DNA of 64,000 nucleotides from Mytilus edulis (taxonomy: Eukaryota): positions 19,778,001-19,842,000 of the forward strand of contig NC_092350.1 of assembly GCF_963676685.1 (NCBI RefSeq), in the 5' to 3' direction. The first letter of the stretch is position 1. Every line of letters starts with the position of its first letter. A program made the translations under genes and the position numbers. Of this stretch, positions 53,201 through 64,000 are shown in pieces. The notes below the pieces were generated by a model. That model was not told the origin of the DNA and did no database searches. It worked only from the letters and a program-made list of their open reading frames with translations.

Positions 53201-55475
53201 CCTGGACATGTGTGAAATAGTTGCCACCGGACATATTTAGAAACAACAATCAAATCTGAATTTCTAAACGGATTTACTTATAACCTGCCGCCTGTTTATA
53301 ATTTCGATAATGCAAATAGAGATATTTAAATAGCACTGGTGGTTACGCAAAAGATTCAAAGTAAATGAAATCAGACTGAGAAGGTAAAAAAATCTCCATC
53401 GAAATGAGATCACTGTAGAGAGTAAGTCAAAACATCTTCATTATAACGAGATGTGCCAATGGGGATTTTTGCCTATTTTTTGGCAAGTTTCATAGTCAAT
53501 GGACCATGATAGATGGGTAGGTCAAATAATCTCAATGAAAATGAGATATGCCAATGCTAATCCAAATGCATACCAAATATCATTGACTTACTATTAGTAT
53601 AGTTCCCTTCTGATATCGGAACGTAGATGGAAATTTGACATGAAACTAGACCATGAGAAACTGCACATGTTCATAAAAAAATGAATGTACATGTATAACT
53701 TTCAAACTTTCTTAGACACGGAAAGTTTTAGAAATATCCAGATAAAAAAGTTGTCATTTTTAATTTTGATTAAATCATTCTCGAAATAGTTCTTTAAAAA
53801 CTCTATGTTATTGCTACTGATTTTCCGTTTTATTGACAATATAACATGCGTTTGTCTATTTAATTAAGTACCTTTTACCTTAATTGACCTAACCACAAAA
53901 TTAAGCAACAGTTGATGAGGCTGTAAACGCCACCGACCCCGGAAAAAGCACGCCTTATTCTCACTTCCGCTACGTATAGTTGTAGGCGAGGCAAAAGGTT
54001 TTTTAATTAATATTAATGTAATTTATGAATGTAGTCAATCACAACTCTGATTTCTGTCCAAACCTAGTCTATAGTTTTGTTCGTATGGGATATGTTATAT
54101 TTATGCATTTAATTATTTATTTCTGTCCTATTGCTTTTGTGTAATTAAAAAAAGACATGCTACTTTTTTTTTAGAAAAAAACAAACTCAAAATCATGTGT
54201 GTGCAATAGTGAAAGAACTTATTACAACTAAGGATTTTATGATAGGAGTTCAAACGTTGTATTCGCGCATTTAAAAGCTGTGATTTGAGTTTCATTAATA
54301 TATAAGAACCACAAAATAAAAAAAAGCTTGTTCAAAAATTCTAGATTGTTTTAGGATAATTTTTTGTAAAGATAAGAAATAATTGTATTGCGTTTTGATA
54401 TTTTCATAGCTCAACCTAGCGAATATCGCCAATATCCTTTTTCTCTGTTTTGATTACATGAGTAAACCAGAATTTACGACCGTAATATCTAAGATTGACG
54501 TCATCATGTTCTTTTACAGAACAATGCTTTCTGTTTAGTACTATGATATCATACCTTGTTTGTATATTAAGTTGTATTAACAGTTATTAATTCGACATAG
54601 AAAATACATCTATTTTTTAACAAAACTGTAGTATTACCTTTTTCTGTTTCTCGTATGCCAATTCAAGAAGAAACATTTTTCGAAGGTATTGTCTATATTT
54701 GTTAAATTCTTTAAGGTCACACACCACTTTTCCGTCGTGTAAATATCCATTCCGCACCAAATGTCGCCTCGTCTGGGGAATATTAAAATGGTTGCGTAGA
54801 TGTGGATCGTGCAACGGTTCATATTGACTGAATGCAACATAGCCGTATGGGTCAGTGAGGTCGAAGTCTGTTTGTGCCGTTTTATGTTTCTGTAAAAAAA
54901 AGAAAATTTCTGTTGAATTAAAACCTGTTCTCATGATCTTCCATGATATTTTGAAACTTGACCACAAAATTCACTTAAGCAACATTTCGCTTGATTTGTG
55001 AATTAAAATCTAAGAAGTGTTTACATACTGGCTGAAATTTCATAACATCTTGAATATTTGTATATTTGAAAGGAAAAAAAGATATCTTCATGTTGTTTTT
55101 TGTAGAGCTCGAAATCTAAGACGTCTTCTAACTTGAAAACTCCCTATGATTTACATGTATGCTATATCTATATAAGAAACTTAAAATTGAAAGTAATGTT
55201 AAAAGTAAAAATATCATACTGACCGGTTCACATAAGCTAGTCGTGCACAATTTGTAAGACCCTTTTAGGTTTGGATAAACTGGTAATTTGGCAAACAATG
55301 GCACCTCTGACCAGAAAGGCAATCCATCACCTGCAGGCAAGCATTTCTCCTTCTCTGTTGTTTTGGGGCGTGGTTGTAGTGTTAAATGTTCCATTTTGTT
55401 ACCTTGAGTTCGCAGAAAAGCAGCCGCCAGCCATATTTGATTTGTTTTGGCTGGTCTGTCGCTACGCATGAACAT
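30129..55475 (-). CDS. FSIP2: Fibrous sheath-interacting protein 2-like (~2212 aa), 12 coding exons
   Basis: Exons 55224-55475, 54638-54889, 52689-52807 (weak GTTATT donor), 51611-51752, 45101-45211, 43888-44035, 43160-43282, 40879-40965, 40437-40525, 39028-39114, 38358-38415 and 30129-35299 total 6639 nt in one frame. The N-terminus PLFAKLPV..FDLTDPY..YEPLHDPHLR..GY...KVVCDLKEFNKYRQYL matches the FSIP2 N-terminal motif as recalled; it is followed by a charged coiled coil and a giant acidic helical exon. Confidence 0.85.
35229..36965. repeat. ~88-bp tandem array (~20 copies) of the splice acceptor plus the first ~65 nt of the giant exon
   Basis: Plus-strand unit AAGCTTTCGCCACTCGTGTGTGGAATCACAGATAGCCTTCCTCTAAAGGAGATCTGACCCTCTGAAAAA..; 20 occurrences counted, one with an internal deletion (~36150). 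Confidence 0.95.
38048..38230. mobile_element. Tc1/mariner-type MITE
   Basis: TA|CAGTGGAACTTGCCTTCTCCGACAC ... GTATCGGAGTAGGCAGATTTACAATG|TA: imperfect TIRs with a TA target. Confidence 0.65.
39175..39546 (+). mobile_element. Retro-derived interspersed repeat (3' end GAACAGCGGTATACTACTGTTGCCTTTATTTA)
   Basis: Inverted related copy at ~41437-41715. Confidence 0.65.
41325..41368 (-). ncRNA. Type I hammerhead ribozyme with a mutated core (GAAA to GACA), inside a Penelope/retrozyme-like repeat (~41286-41910)
   Basis: Minus strand: GCGTCA-CTGATGA-GTCT TTTGT AGAC-GACA-CGCGC-GTC-TGGCGT; stems I and II pair. Confidence 0.7.
42256..42832. mobile_element. MITE with GG..CC TIRs inserted between AAA and TTT (Spy/PHIS-like)
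   Basis: aaa|GGAGTATGTTCGATAAGGCCC..GCACTTACCGAACTTACTCC|ttt; internal palindrome at ~42490-42608. Confidence 0.75.
44585..44983. mobile_element. MITE with TTAA target duplication (Kolobok-like)
   Basis: ttaa|GGATGTACTTAGGTGAGGTT ... AACCTCACCTAAGTACATCC|ttaa, perfect 20-bp TIR. Confidence 0.85.
46767..47558 (+). mobile_element. Helentron-type non-autonomous element nested in the TIR transposon
   Basis: 5' AACTAGAGTCTCTAAAGAGCCTGTGTCGCTCACC, (GAC)n microsatellite, 3' hairpin AGCTCACTTG..CAAGGTGAGCT then an A run. Confidence 0.7.
46918..46961 (-). ncRNA. Type I hammerhead ribozyme with an intact core, in a Penelope/retrozyme-like fragment (~46890-47160)
   Basis: Minus strand: GCATCA-CTGAAGA-GAC ATGTTTT GTC-GAAA-TGCGC-ATC-TGGTGC; stem I 6 bp, stem II 3 bp, minimal palindromic stem III, AUC cleavage triplet. 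Confidence 0.8.
49524..50360 (+). mobile_element. 5'-truncated Penelope-like retroelement (RT C-terminal half plus 3' UTR; Naiad-type, no C-terminal GIY-YIG)
   Basis: FRYIDDVL..YLDLHL..LKTKLFDKRDDFSF..SNIPAAPAYGVYISQLIRYSRAC, stop at 50060. Its extreme 5' end (GACTTCATGCAG, DFMQ) lies at 45601-45612. The 3' end matches short copies at ~10240-10330 and ~60065-60250 on the minus strand. Confidence 0.9.
50960..51462. repeat. Two adjacent long-hairpin repeats
   Basis: Inverted arms at ~51153-51273 (TTTATTGAACCATAAAACTAATT..AATTAGTTTTATGGTTCAATAAA) and ~51325-51461 (AATAACACATAGCTGAGAGGG..CCCTCTCAGCTATGTGTTATT). Confidence 0.75.
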
Positions 55476-56778
55476 TTGACGTTACAATTGTATTTATGAC
55501 GTGAAAAACGAAACTTCTTCATAACGCATATTTCAACTTCTTCGTCTTGTAAATAAAATAATTCACTTAATTATTCATTCAATCTTAAACCATTTTCACG
55601 GAAACGGGTATCAAAACAATAAGAAATTCATGAAGCAGTTCCCCAATGCCTAGCTAGATTAAAACTGCATAAGCTGTAGCTGGTTTCAATGTCAAAGAGC
55701 AAAAGAGGAAAAGGGAAATGGATCAGCTGGTTCTGTTTACTACTACTTTTGTTTGAGTGTAACATAAATGCAAGCGGATTCCAGTTTAATTATGAAATAC
55801 AAAGAACTCACAGTAAGTCGAAAATATTGCATTAAAACTAAAAGAACGGGAAAAACTTGATGAACTAGGAAATAAATTGATTTGTGAAAAATATGCAAAA
55901 AAAAGTGTTAGTTGTCTTTCAATGGTCTGTAGAGTATTGCTGAATACACCGCTGCTTTATTTTTAATACTAGCTCAAATCACAACAATTTCAGGGGCGTT
56001 TGAAATTAAGTGTTCGGTAACTTGACATTTATAAATGAAATGTCTGCCATCATTAAAAAATGCCGCCGTTGCTAAAATATAACACATTTTAATCGGTTTA
56101 AACGTAGGTCAGTATAATAATTTTGTGGAATCATGGTAGTGTTCGAATCCCAGTCGGATGAAATGAACTAATTTTAGAACTTGACATTTACTGCTTCTCC
56201 GCTTATATAAAAGGTCGCTTCATTTTAGAGAAAGAAAAGTTAAAGATTGGAAAGTTTTTTTTTCTTCTGTTGATTAAACATTATCGGTACTAACATCGGT
56301 TCAACTTTCTCTAGTAAGTATATCATTGAGTTTAAGTTGGTCTTTTAACCAGCAGTTACAACAGCAAATGGTACTGCATGTACGTATAATGCTTAATAAA
56401 CAAATCATTGTCCCAGCTGATAATGTAAACCTCGAGTTTGTATTTTTCTGATAACCACACTTTTTTTATTTAAATTCGTAACTTTCAAATAAAAGTTTAA
56501 CAGTTGATTATAGAATGGAAGATAAGATACCTATTTTACAGGGAGAGCAAAAGTCACTGGAAGTGATTTTTAACCTTCTACACAAAAGGTGTATACACAA
56601 AGTAAGATAACTTCCTGATTAAACTTTCTTTAAATAATTGAAGTGTATCCTCGGATGTGTACCGGAGTGGTGTTATCCTTTTGATCACATTAAATGTAAA
56701 GGATGATAGGGTTGTTGTTGTGACAATCCTGATTCATCTTAGTACATCACTACTTCCGTCTTCTATGATTTTAACACA

Positions 56779-59700
56779 ATGTTTAGGTATTATGTGATAA
56801 TTATTTGTTGTATTATTTCATCCTTACTTTCTGCCATCACTGGACCTGGAGACGGAGTTTGTCCAAAACCAGTGTAAGTATTTTGTTACATAGTGAAACA
56901 TTAAATTTTAACTAATTATAAATAAGACATACAACGCATCACAACTATTAAATTTAGACCAAACTAGCTAAACAGTATACATCTGTGACGTTCCCTTGTC
57001 ACCATCTTATGGTGTTTATATATCTCAACTTGTACGATTCGCTCGTGTATGTAACAATGTATTAGATTTTAGCGAGAGAAATTTATGTATTACTGAAAAA
57101 TTATTACACCAGGGTTTTCGATATCACAAACTGGTCAAAACATTTACTAAATTTTATCACCGGTATAAGGAAATAATTCGTAAATATAACTCAACATGCA
57201 GACATCTTATACGTTCAGGTATTTCACATCCAAAATTTTATGGAAATATTCTTTATAAAGCACAAAAATGTCAGTATTCTCCTCAGAAACTAACAAAACC
57301 TTTAAATAGACTTATTAAAAGGGGATATAGTTACGATATTGTTGTCAGGTCATTAAAGATTGCATATTTTGGCTTTAACATTGATTCACTGATAGGGTCT
57401 TTGCATCGGAACTAAACACATTTACTTCTAAAAAAACAGTTGTTGGCATGACACGGGTTATGTTCTTCTCATATATTTTATGATAGTATGATACTAAACC
57501 CCTAACGGGAGGGATTGTACCTGATTTTCATATGATGAAGACATAATCTTTCAATCAGTTTAATTGAGGTCTGGAGCTGGCATGTCAGTTAACTGCTAGT
57601 AGTCTGTTGTTATTTATGTATTATTGTCATTTTATTTATTTTCTTTTGTTACATCTTTTGACATCAGACTCGGACTTCTCTTGAACTGAATTTTAATGTG
57701 CGTATTGTTATTCTTTTACTTTTCTACATTGGCTAGAGGTATAGGGGGAGGGTTGAGATCTCATAAACATGTTTAACCCCGCCGCAATTTTGCGCCTGTC
57801 CCAAGTCAGGAGCCTCTGGCCTTTGTTAGTCTTGTATGATTTTAAATTTTAGTTTCTTGTGTATAATTCGGAGTTTAGTATGACGTCCATTATCACTGTA
57901 CTATTATGCATATTTTAGGGGCCAGCTGAAGGACACCTACGGGTGCGGGAATTCTCGCTACATTGAAGACCCATTGGTTGCCTTCGGCTGTTGTTTGCTC
58001 TATGGTCGGGTGGTTGTCGCTTTGACATATTCACCATTTCCTTTCTCAATTTTATCTGTATTGCCCGAGGATTGACAAAATTAAACCGCAGCTTTGTATT
58101 ATAAAATATTTGTTTGTTTTGTACATTTAGATGTCAAGAAGTTTAACATGTACTTCGTAAATCTAAATTGACGCTTGAAACTGTAACTTTACATTCTAAT
58201 TTTGAGTTCATATATATAGTATGACATGAAAAAGTGTTATAAAAGTTGTAATGAAATTTTCAACATACCAACATCCAAAATTGTATCATTTACAATGTTG
58301 AATACATAATAAATGTAAGAAGATATGGTATGATTGCCAATGAGAAACTTCTCAACGGCACCAGAGACCAAATGACGAATAAGGTTAGCAATTATAGGTC
58401 AACATACGGCCTTCAACAATGAGCAAACCCATATCACATATAGCAAGCTGTAAAAAGCCCTAAACTAATGACACGCTAGCTGTTAACCAATTCAAACAAA
58501 AAACTATCGACATCTAAGCTGCATGTTCTGTGAACAAAAGACTTATATGATATACAGCAACAAACGAAAACCACTGAATTACAGGTTTCAATCTTTGGAT
58601 AAACACTGACATAATGGGGCTTTGACATGTTTGCAGACGCACCAACCCTTCTCTAAACTGGGACAGTGGTGTAATAGCGCAAATAAAAGACAAACTTTCT
58701 AAAGATATCCCATTTCAAAATGTTCAAATCATTATGGATTATAACGATGAATAAGCATAAGTTTCAATGAAAAAAAAGCACAGAAAGTTAAAAGGAAAAT
58801 GACATTCTAAAATTATTAACTTAAAATCTGCACCAGAAAACGATATTTTTTGGACATCTTGAAAATGGCAATGATTTGATACACCCCCTAGATCCGCCAC
58901 TTTTTTTTTACAAAATAATGACTATTCTTACACTATGTCTTTATTGAAAAAGTTATTTCCTTTCTTTAGTTTTATAACCCTGTAAATTCGTGGGTTACAT
59001 TAAAGTATGTTGGTTTTTTTTTTTTTTTATATAATTGACATTGTGTCTTCGTGCCCGTTTTTAATGTACGATACACATTTCTTTACACATGTCTACAGTT
59101 TGAAATACATACATGTAGTTAGACTGCCTAAGCAACAATTTACAATATCTATAGTAATCGTCCATTTAAACTAAATCATTTAATACATGTATATACGTTT
59201 AACTGTTAAAACTTCTGGCCAATCTTTTAAATTAGTAATCGTCATGAGGTCAAACTTTTTAAAATATCGATAAATGCTCCTTTTTTCTGACATTTGATTA
59301 AATAAAGATAAAGACACACTTCAAGTTGATATAATAAATTAACATACAATTTAAAACCATAGCAACGCAAATATTTGTTTACATTCTTTAAAAAAAGGTT
59401 TGCATCGTCATTTTTTTCTCTTATAGTTTTTCCCAATTATAGAATGGATGTTATCTAGATTTTGATTGGTTAACATGTGACCATATCCGCACATAAATGA
59501 TAAACAAACTTTTAAAAAGAAAGTCATACATTGGTATCATAGTTTACATGGTTTATAAATAAAAGAACCAAACAATTTAAAAAAAAGATCCGTCTACTTG
59601 TCAGTTTTCGAGATATAAGCCATTGGAAATTTTGCGGGAATTGATTATCTCTAGATTTTTCATACGTTTACCAATGGCACCTTTTTTGTTTCAAAAACAA

Positions 59701-62700
59701 CGTTAAACTAACAAAAATTCTGTAAGATTTTCAAATATGATTCCGAATATCTGGCAAAAATAACAAAACGATGTAAGATTCTAGATACAATGCCATGTCA
59801 GAGCCTTTAGTTTTTTCTTGGTGTTCCAGTAGATTATGACTGTTGTGGTTTTGACAAATCAATACAATAAATCAAAAGATCAAATGTATCTCATACTCTT
59901 GAGTTCAAAACAACCACAGATTAACAAAAGGGACTCCCCCTAAACATTTTAAAAAGTTATCGTCTCTTCAATATGTTAATTTACCTTTTTTTTTGCCTAT
60001 TTGCACTTTACTACTATAACATGATAGCCATTACATAAAATCGAAATTATGTGTAAACATTTTGAAAGTGGGGCGAAAGATATCAGAGGAACAGACAAAC
60101 TCATAGAACGAAAATAAACTTACAACGCCATGGCTAAAAATGAAAAAGACAAACAGACAAATAATATTACACAAGAAACAAAAAAGAAAACTAAAGACTG
60201 AGCAACACGAACCCAACCAAAAACTGGGGGTGATCTCAGGTGCTCCGGTGAACCTGAAAACTAATTCATTACAAATCTGTTATATATATAGTGCTTGAAG
60301 GACATGGGGAATTTTAAACAAGGGTATTGTATTCGAATAAAGCTCTTATATGCTTTGACAACACATACATTTATAGCTAAATTTACAGAACGATACATAT
60401 ATTATATTCATTTAGAACAGAAATTCCTTTGTGCTCCACAATTAAGGGTTTAATCCTGACTAACATCAACTCAGACTGGTACAATGTAAGGTGTTGTCTC
60501 AAAAAACGTTATGGCAGTTCTTAGTCGAGTCTAGATTAGAAAAAAATCCTGTTACTAGTAGCAATTATTTATACTATATAAAAACATTATATGAGAGAGA
60601 GAGTGAACAAAATTTGGAAAAAGCTCATTTAAACCTTGTCGTAATAAGATTCGTTTGTAAACAGTCAGTTTGGATTCCCATCACAACTATTCATATTTCT
60701 TAATAGATCTTAATACGAAGTCGAATGCATAATTCTGATAACGATTTATAATCTTCTTTATTTTGTAACCATATCAGTTTTTGGTCGAATCTAGATTGAA
60801 AAAATTCCTGTAGCTTTTATTTATACTGAATATATATATAAAAAACATTATATGAGAGAGAGAGAAAAATGGAAACAGCACTTCACAGTATACCTTGTCA
60901 TGATAAAATTCGTTTGTTAACAGTAAGATGTGACTTTTACGTTTTACGAATTAACATGCTGTATTATGATTGCAAACACGGATCAAATACGATGTATAAA
61001 AAAAGTTGTACGAAAAATACTGTGGACTACATGTATATAAAGAGGAACCCCAGTTATCTTCGGACATTTATCGCATATAATTAAAAGTCCCTTTAAATTT
61101 TGAATTGTCATTATTTCCAAATACAACATGATCATTTATCTATATAGTCAAAGTTCGTGCAGAATAATTATACTTATAGATAGTACAGGCGTCACACTAA
61201 GATAGACAAAAATATACTAACAATTTGTTGACTTTAACAGGATGTCTATTGTAGAAAAGAAATAAATTTGAATCCTAATCTAAAATCTCTCTTCTTTGAA
61301 GAAAACAAAATTAAGTGATTTTTCAGTTTTAATTTATGTTGTAAAGTAAAATATATAACATACATAATTGTATGTAAGAAGTTTTCACCTTATTAAGTAC
61401 GGTCGTGTGGTTTTGGTTATTGCTTCCTGTTGCAATGTTACGTAAAAGCGAGTACAAAAGTAAACAATATGTAACACAGCTTTCAAGGATTTACGAAATG
61501 TAGCCATTTGGATATGACGCCATTTGTTAAAATAAGCCGTGACCATCTTAAAAAAATGGATTTTTTTATGGCCAGCAGCTGATTTTTTTGGTTATCTATT
61601 AGTCAACCTTTCTACCAAAGTTCATGCTTGTATCAGGATTTTTACAATTATTTCCATAATATATCTTACTAATACACATAATTCTCTTAATCTCATCATA
61701 AACAGCTACTTAACCTGTGTAAATTTTGTCCCCCTTGATATCTCAATATTACCCAACAACTCTATATTTCTATTTTGAAAAAACAGATAACAGTTTGATT
61801 GTTAGGCTATAGATTAGCCGCACATACATGTATATTCGGATAAAACAATATTTGATATATATATATCTATTCATTTTATTTTAGTTATACACATGAAGTA
61901 GTATGTACTGCATTTAAAATTATGTTTCAGATTTGGCCGGTGCTTCACATTTGGTCAACCGAAATCCTTATAGATCGTATTTTTTTACTGTATAGTTTTA
62001 TTCAAATTTGTATTTTAGATATTGTTTATGAAGACTTGCGTTGGATTTACGTAGATACATACAAAAAAATCAGAAATTATACACGGGAGAGGGTATTAAT
62101 TTAAAAATAAACCGGACTGTTCTTATCTATTGCAGCACGAATACAGTAGGAAATAAAACAACAACAACGACAAATTACTTCTGTTGTAAAGGATATACAG
62201 AATCTACAACAGGAAAATGTACAGGTATATATAGTGAACATATACAACTACGTTTGCTGTGTTATTATGTATTATCTTGGATCTTCACAGGGGATATAGG
62301 CAGATAGTCACTGTCAGTGTTGTATGCCCTCTTGGTCATCAGACGAAGGGTAATAAGGCAGAGAACAGAGGAATATTAGCCCATATCCAATGTGAAGCCA
62401 TAATGATAAACTGGAGTGTCCTAATATTTAATACCATCCTGATCTTTGTTTTTGTTCAACTGGTATAAAGGCTCATATAGCCTGTCACGGTAACGAATCA
62501 AATGCTGGATTAGCCAAGCAATTTCACTTTAGTAATATATTTTCAACACGATACTTTTACAGTAAATGCAGAAAATACCCAAGTGGAAGAAACATTGCTA
62601 CTCATGAGTAAACTATTTGATAGTTAATTCTTTTTCGCTCAAATGAGCTGGCTTTTTATGCACCTTGTATACTTCAATTGTTCGAGATCAAAAGCAGGTT

Positions 62701-63973
62701 CTGAACATGAAAAATGTTCCTTGTGCTTTTCTTCTTGTGTTTAATAAAATTTATATGAGATTTACTTCATTTGAAAAACTAAAATAGGTCGCTTGTATAT
62801 GAGGGGATAAATTAAAAAAATAATGCTAGTTTTGAGATAACTTGCTATTGCAAAAACTTACTATATAACGTCCAACGGTGAAAACAAATAGAAAGTTTAG
62901 ATTCATTCTATATTTCACAAAATTTAAAATAAGCAATTATATGACATACGTGACAAAGTTGTAGCACTGTTGTACCACCTTGAAGTATTATAACATCATT
63001 GTCATATATAAATAATGGTGCAATATGAACGTTGGGTGTTGAAGATGACAAGTATACCCATTACTGCAGTTACATTGTGATAATGTTCTTCATCTAGATG
63101 AAAGGGGTAGGTCCAGCAAGACCCCTTTTTGGCCCCAAAATATAGCAGTTTTTTCAAAATTGTTAAAATGTATACTTTTAGTTATTTATTGGACAGTAGA
63201 ATGCTTCTGCTACATAAATACGGGCTTTTTTTTTGACAATACGATGCACATATATAGAGTACTAGCACCATTAAGTCATGCTAAATTACTGAAATCTTCA
63301 CAATTCTAGCATTTTGGTTAAATTTTAGACGGTTTCCGTGTAAAACGAAAGTGGCCGCATTCGTGTTCATCCAAAATATTTAAATGTAAGTTGTATTTGA
63401 TGATAATACATAACATATATAAAGGTTGAGGATGAACACGGATGCGGCCACTTTCATTTTTGACAAAAACCATCTTAAAAGTGACATTTTTCAGCATATT
63501 TGGTAAATTTTTCATATTTGAGCTTGAATCGGAGCGTTTTTAATGACTAAATTAGTTAAAATCTTTCACATAAATTAATTGAATCAAATAAAATAGACAC
63601 TTAAGTGTTTAAAAAGTGGTCAACATCTTTCGTCAGATGAACCTGAAATTTGAGGCCAAAATCGGTCCTTACCGGACCTACTCCAAATTTTACAAATATT
63701 AGAAAAACAAAATTTCAGAAATACCTTTTTCTTTTTCAGTGAATAGAATCAATAAATATAGAAAAAACTCCTGTTCATGTTTCAAAACTAGATTTGTTTT
63801 TGGCAAACACTATCAAAATAGCCATTTTGTTTTTTCAGCATGCACCACCAATAAATTTGGAGATAACTGTGGTAAGACATGTAGCTGTGTCGCGGGAAAT
63901 ACTGTAACCTGTAACCATACAAACGGAGCATGTACATGTAAACCTGGATGGGAAGGAACAACATGTAGTCAAA
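56779..63973 (+). CDS. MEGF10/11- or SCARF-like multiple EGF-domain protein, 5' part (continues beyond the window)
   Basis: Exons 56779-56873 (MFRYYVIIICCIISSLLSAITGPGDGVCPKP, signal peptide), 62136-62224 (..YFCCKGY..GKCT) and 63839-63973 (CTTNKFGDNCGKTCSC..CNHTNGACTCKPGWEGTTC, EGF-laminin type). Phases 2 and 1 match. Confidence 0.85.
56985..58053 (+). mobile_element. 5'-truncated Penelope-like (Naiad-type) retroelement with a long 3' UTR, in intron 1 of the MEGF-like gene
   Basis: ORF end DVPLSPSYGVYISQLVRFARVC..KLLHQGFRYHKLVKTFTKFY, homologous to the 49524 element; stop at 57415; candidate TSD ATCTGT at 56981-56986 and 58054-58059. Confidence 0.88.
57459..57545 (+). promoter_or_regulatory. 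Type II SECIS-like element in the retroelement 3' UTR
   Basis: Helix I TATGTTCTTCTCATAT/ATATGATGAAGACATA; ATGA at 57480; helix II AGTATGATACT/GGGATTGTACC; AAA at 57496-57498; CCC/GGG mini-stem; TGA(T) at 57522-57525. Confidence 0.7.
63104..63684. mobile_element. MITE related in structure to 42256-42832 (Spy/PHIS-like)
   Basis: aaa|GGGGTAGGTCCAGCAAGACC..GGTCCTTACCGGACCTACTCC; internal palindrome AAAGTGGCCGCATTCGTGTTCATCC/GGATGAACACGGATGCGGCCACTTT at ~63348-63454. Confidence 0.7.
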
Positions 63974-64000
63974 GTAAATAATTTGATTTTTCCTATGTTT

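Overview
AT-rich eukaryotic (animal) genomic DNA. The repeat families and gene content suggest a bivalve, probably Mytilus-like; this is inference from recall, not a database result. No prokaryotic features, rRNA, tRNA or CRISPR. Five spliced genes were rebuilt by hand from splice sites with consistent phases: (1) minus strand <1-4888, signal peptide-CCP-CCP-MAM, the scavenger receptor class C-like N-terminal architecture, with an in-frame TGA inside the MAM domain; (2) plus strand ~10585-20577, a small secreted protein with two tandem 4-Cys domains and a GC-AG intron; (3) minus strand 21648-27156, an IGFBP-type protein (IB + thyroglobulin-1) with a Thr-rich insert inside the TY domain; (4) minus strand 30129-55475, an FSIP2-like protein of about 2212 aa with a 5.2-kb exon preceded by about 20 tandem copies of its own splice acceptor; (5) plus strand 56779->64000, a MEGF10/11-like EGF protein head-to-head with gene 4. 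Introns and intergenic DNA hold many transposon relics: Penelope-like RT fragments (one with a well-formed SECIS-like hairpin in its 3' UTR), hammerhead ribozymes, RTEX and CR1 LINE fragments, a 3.9-kb TGT..ACA DNA transposon with a 6-bp TSD, several MITEs, Helentron-type elements and minisatellites. There is one assembly gap (6141-6378).
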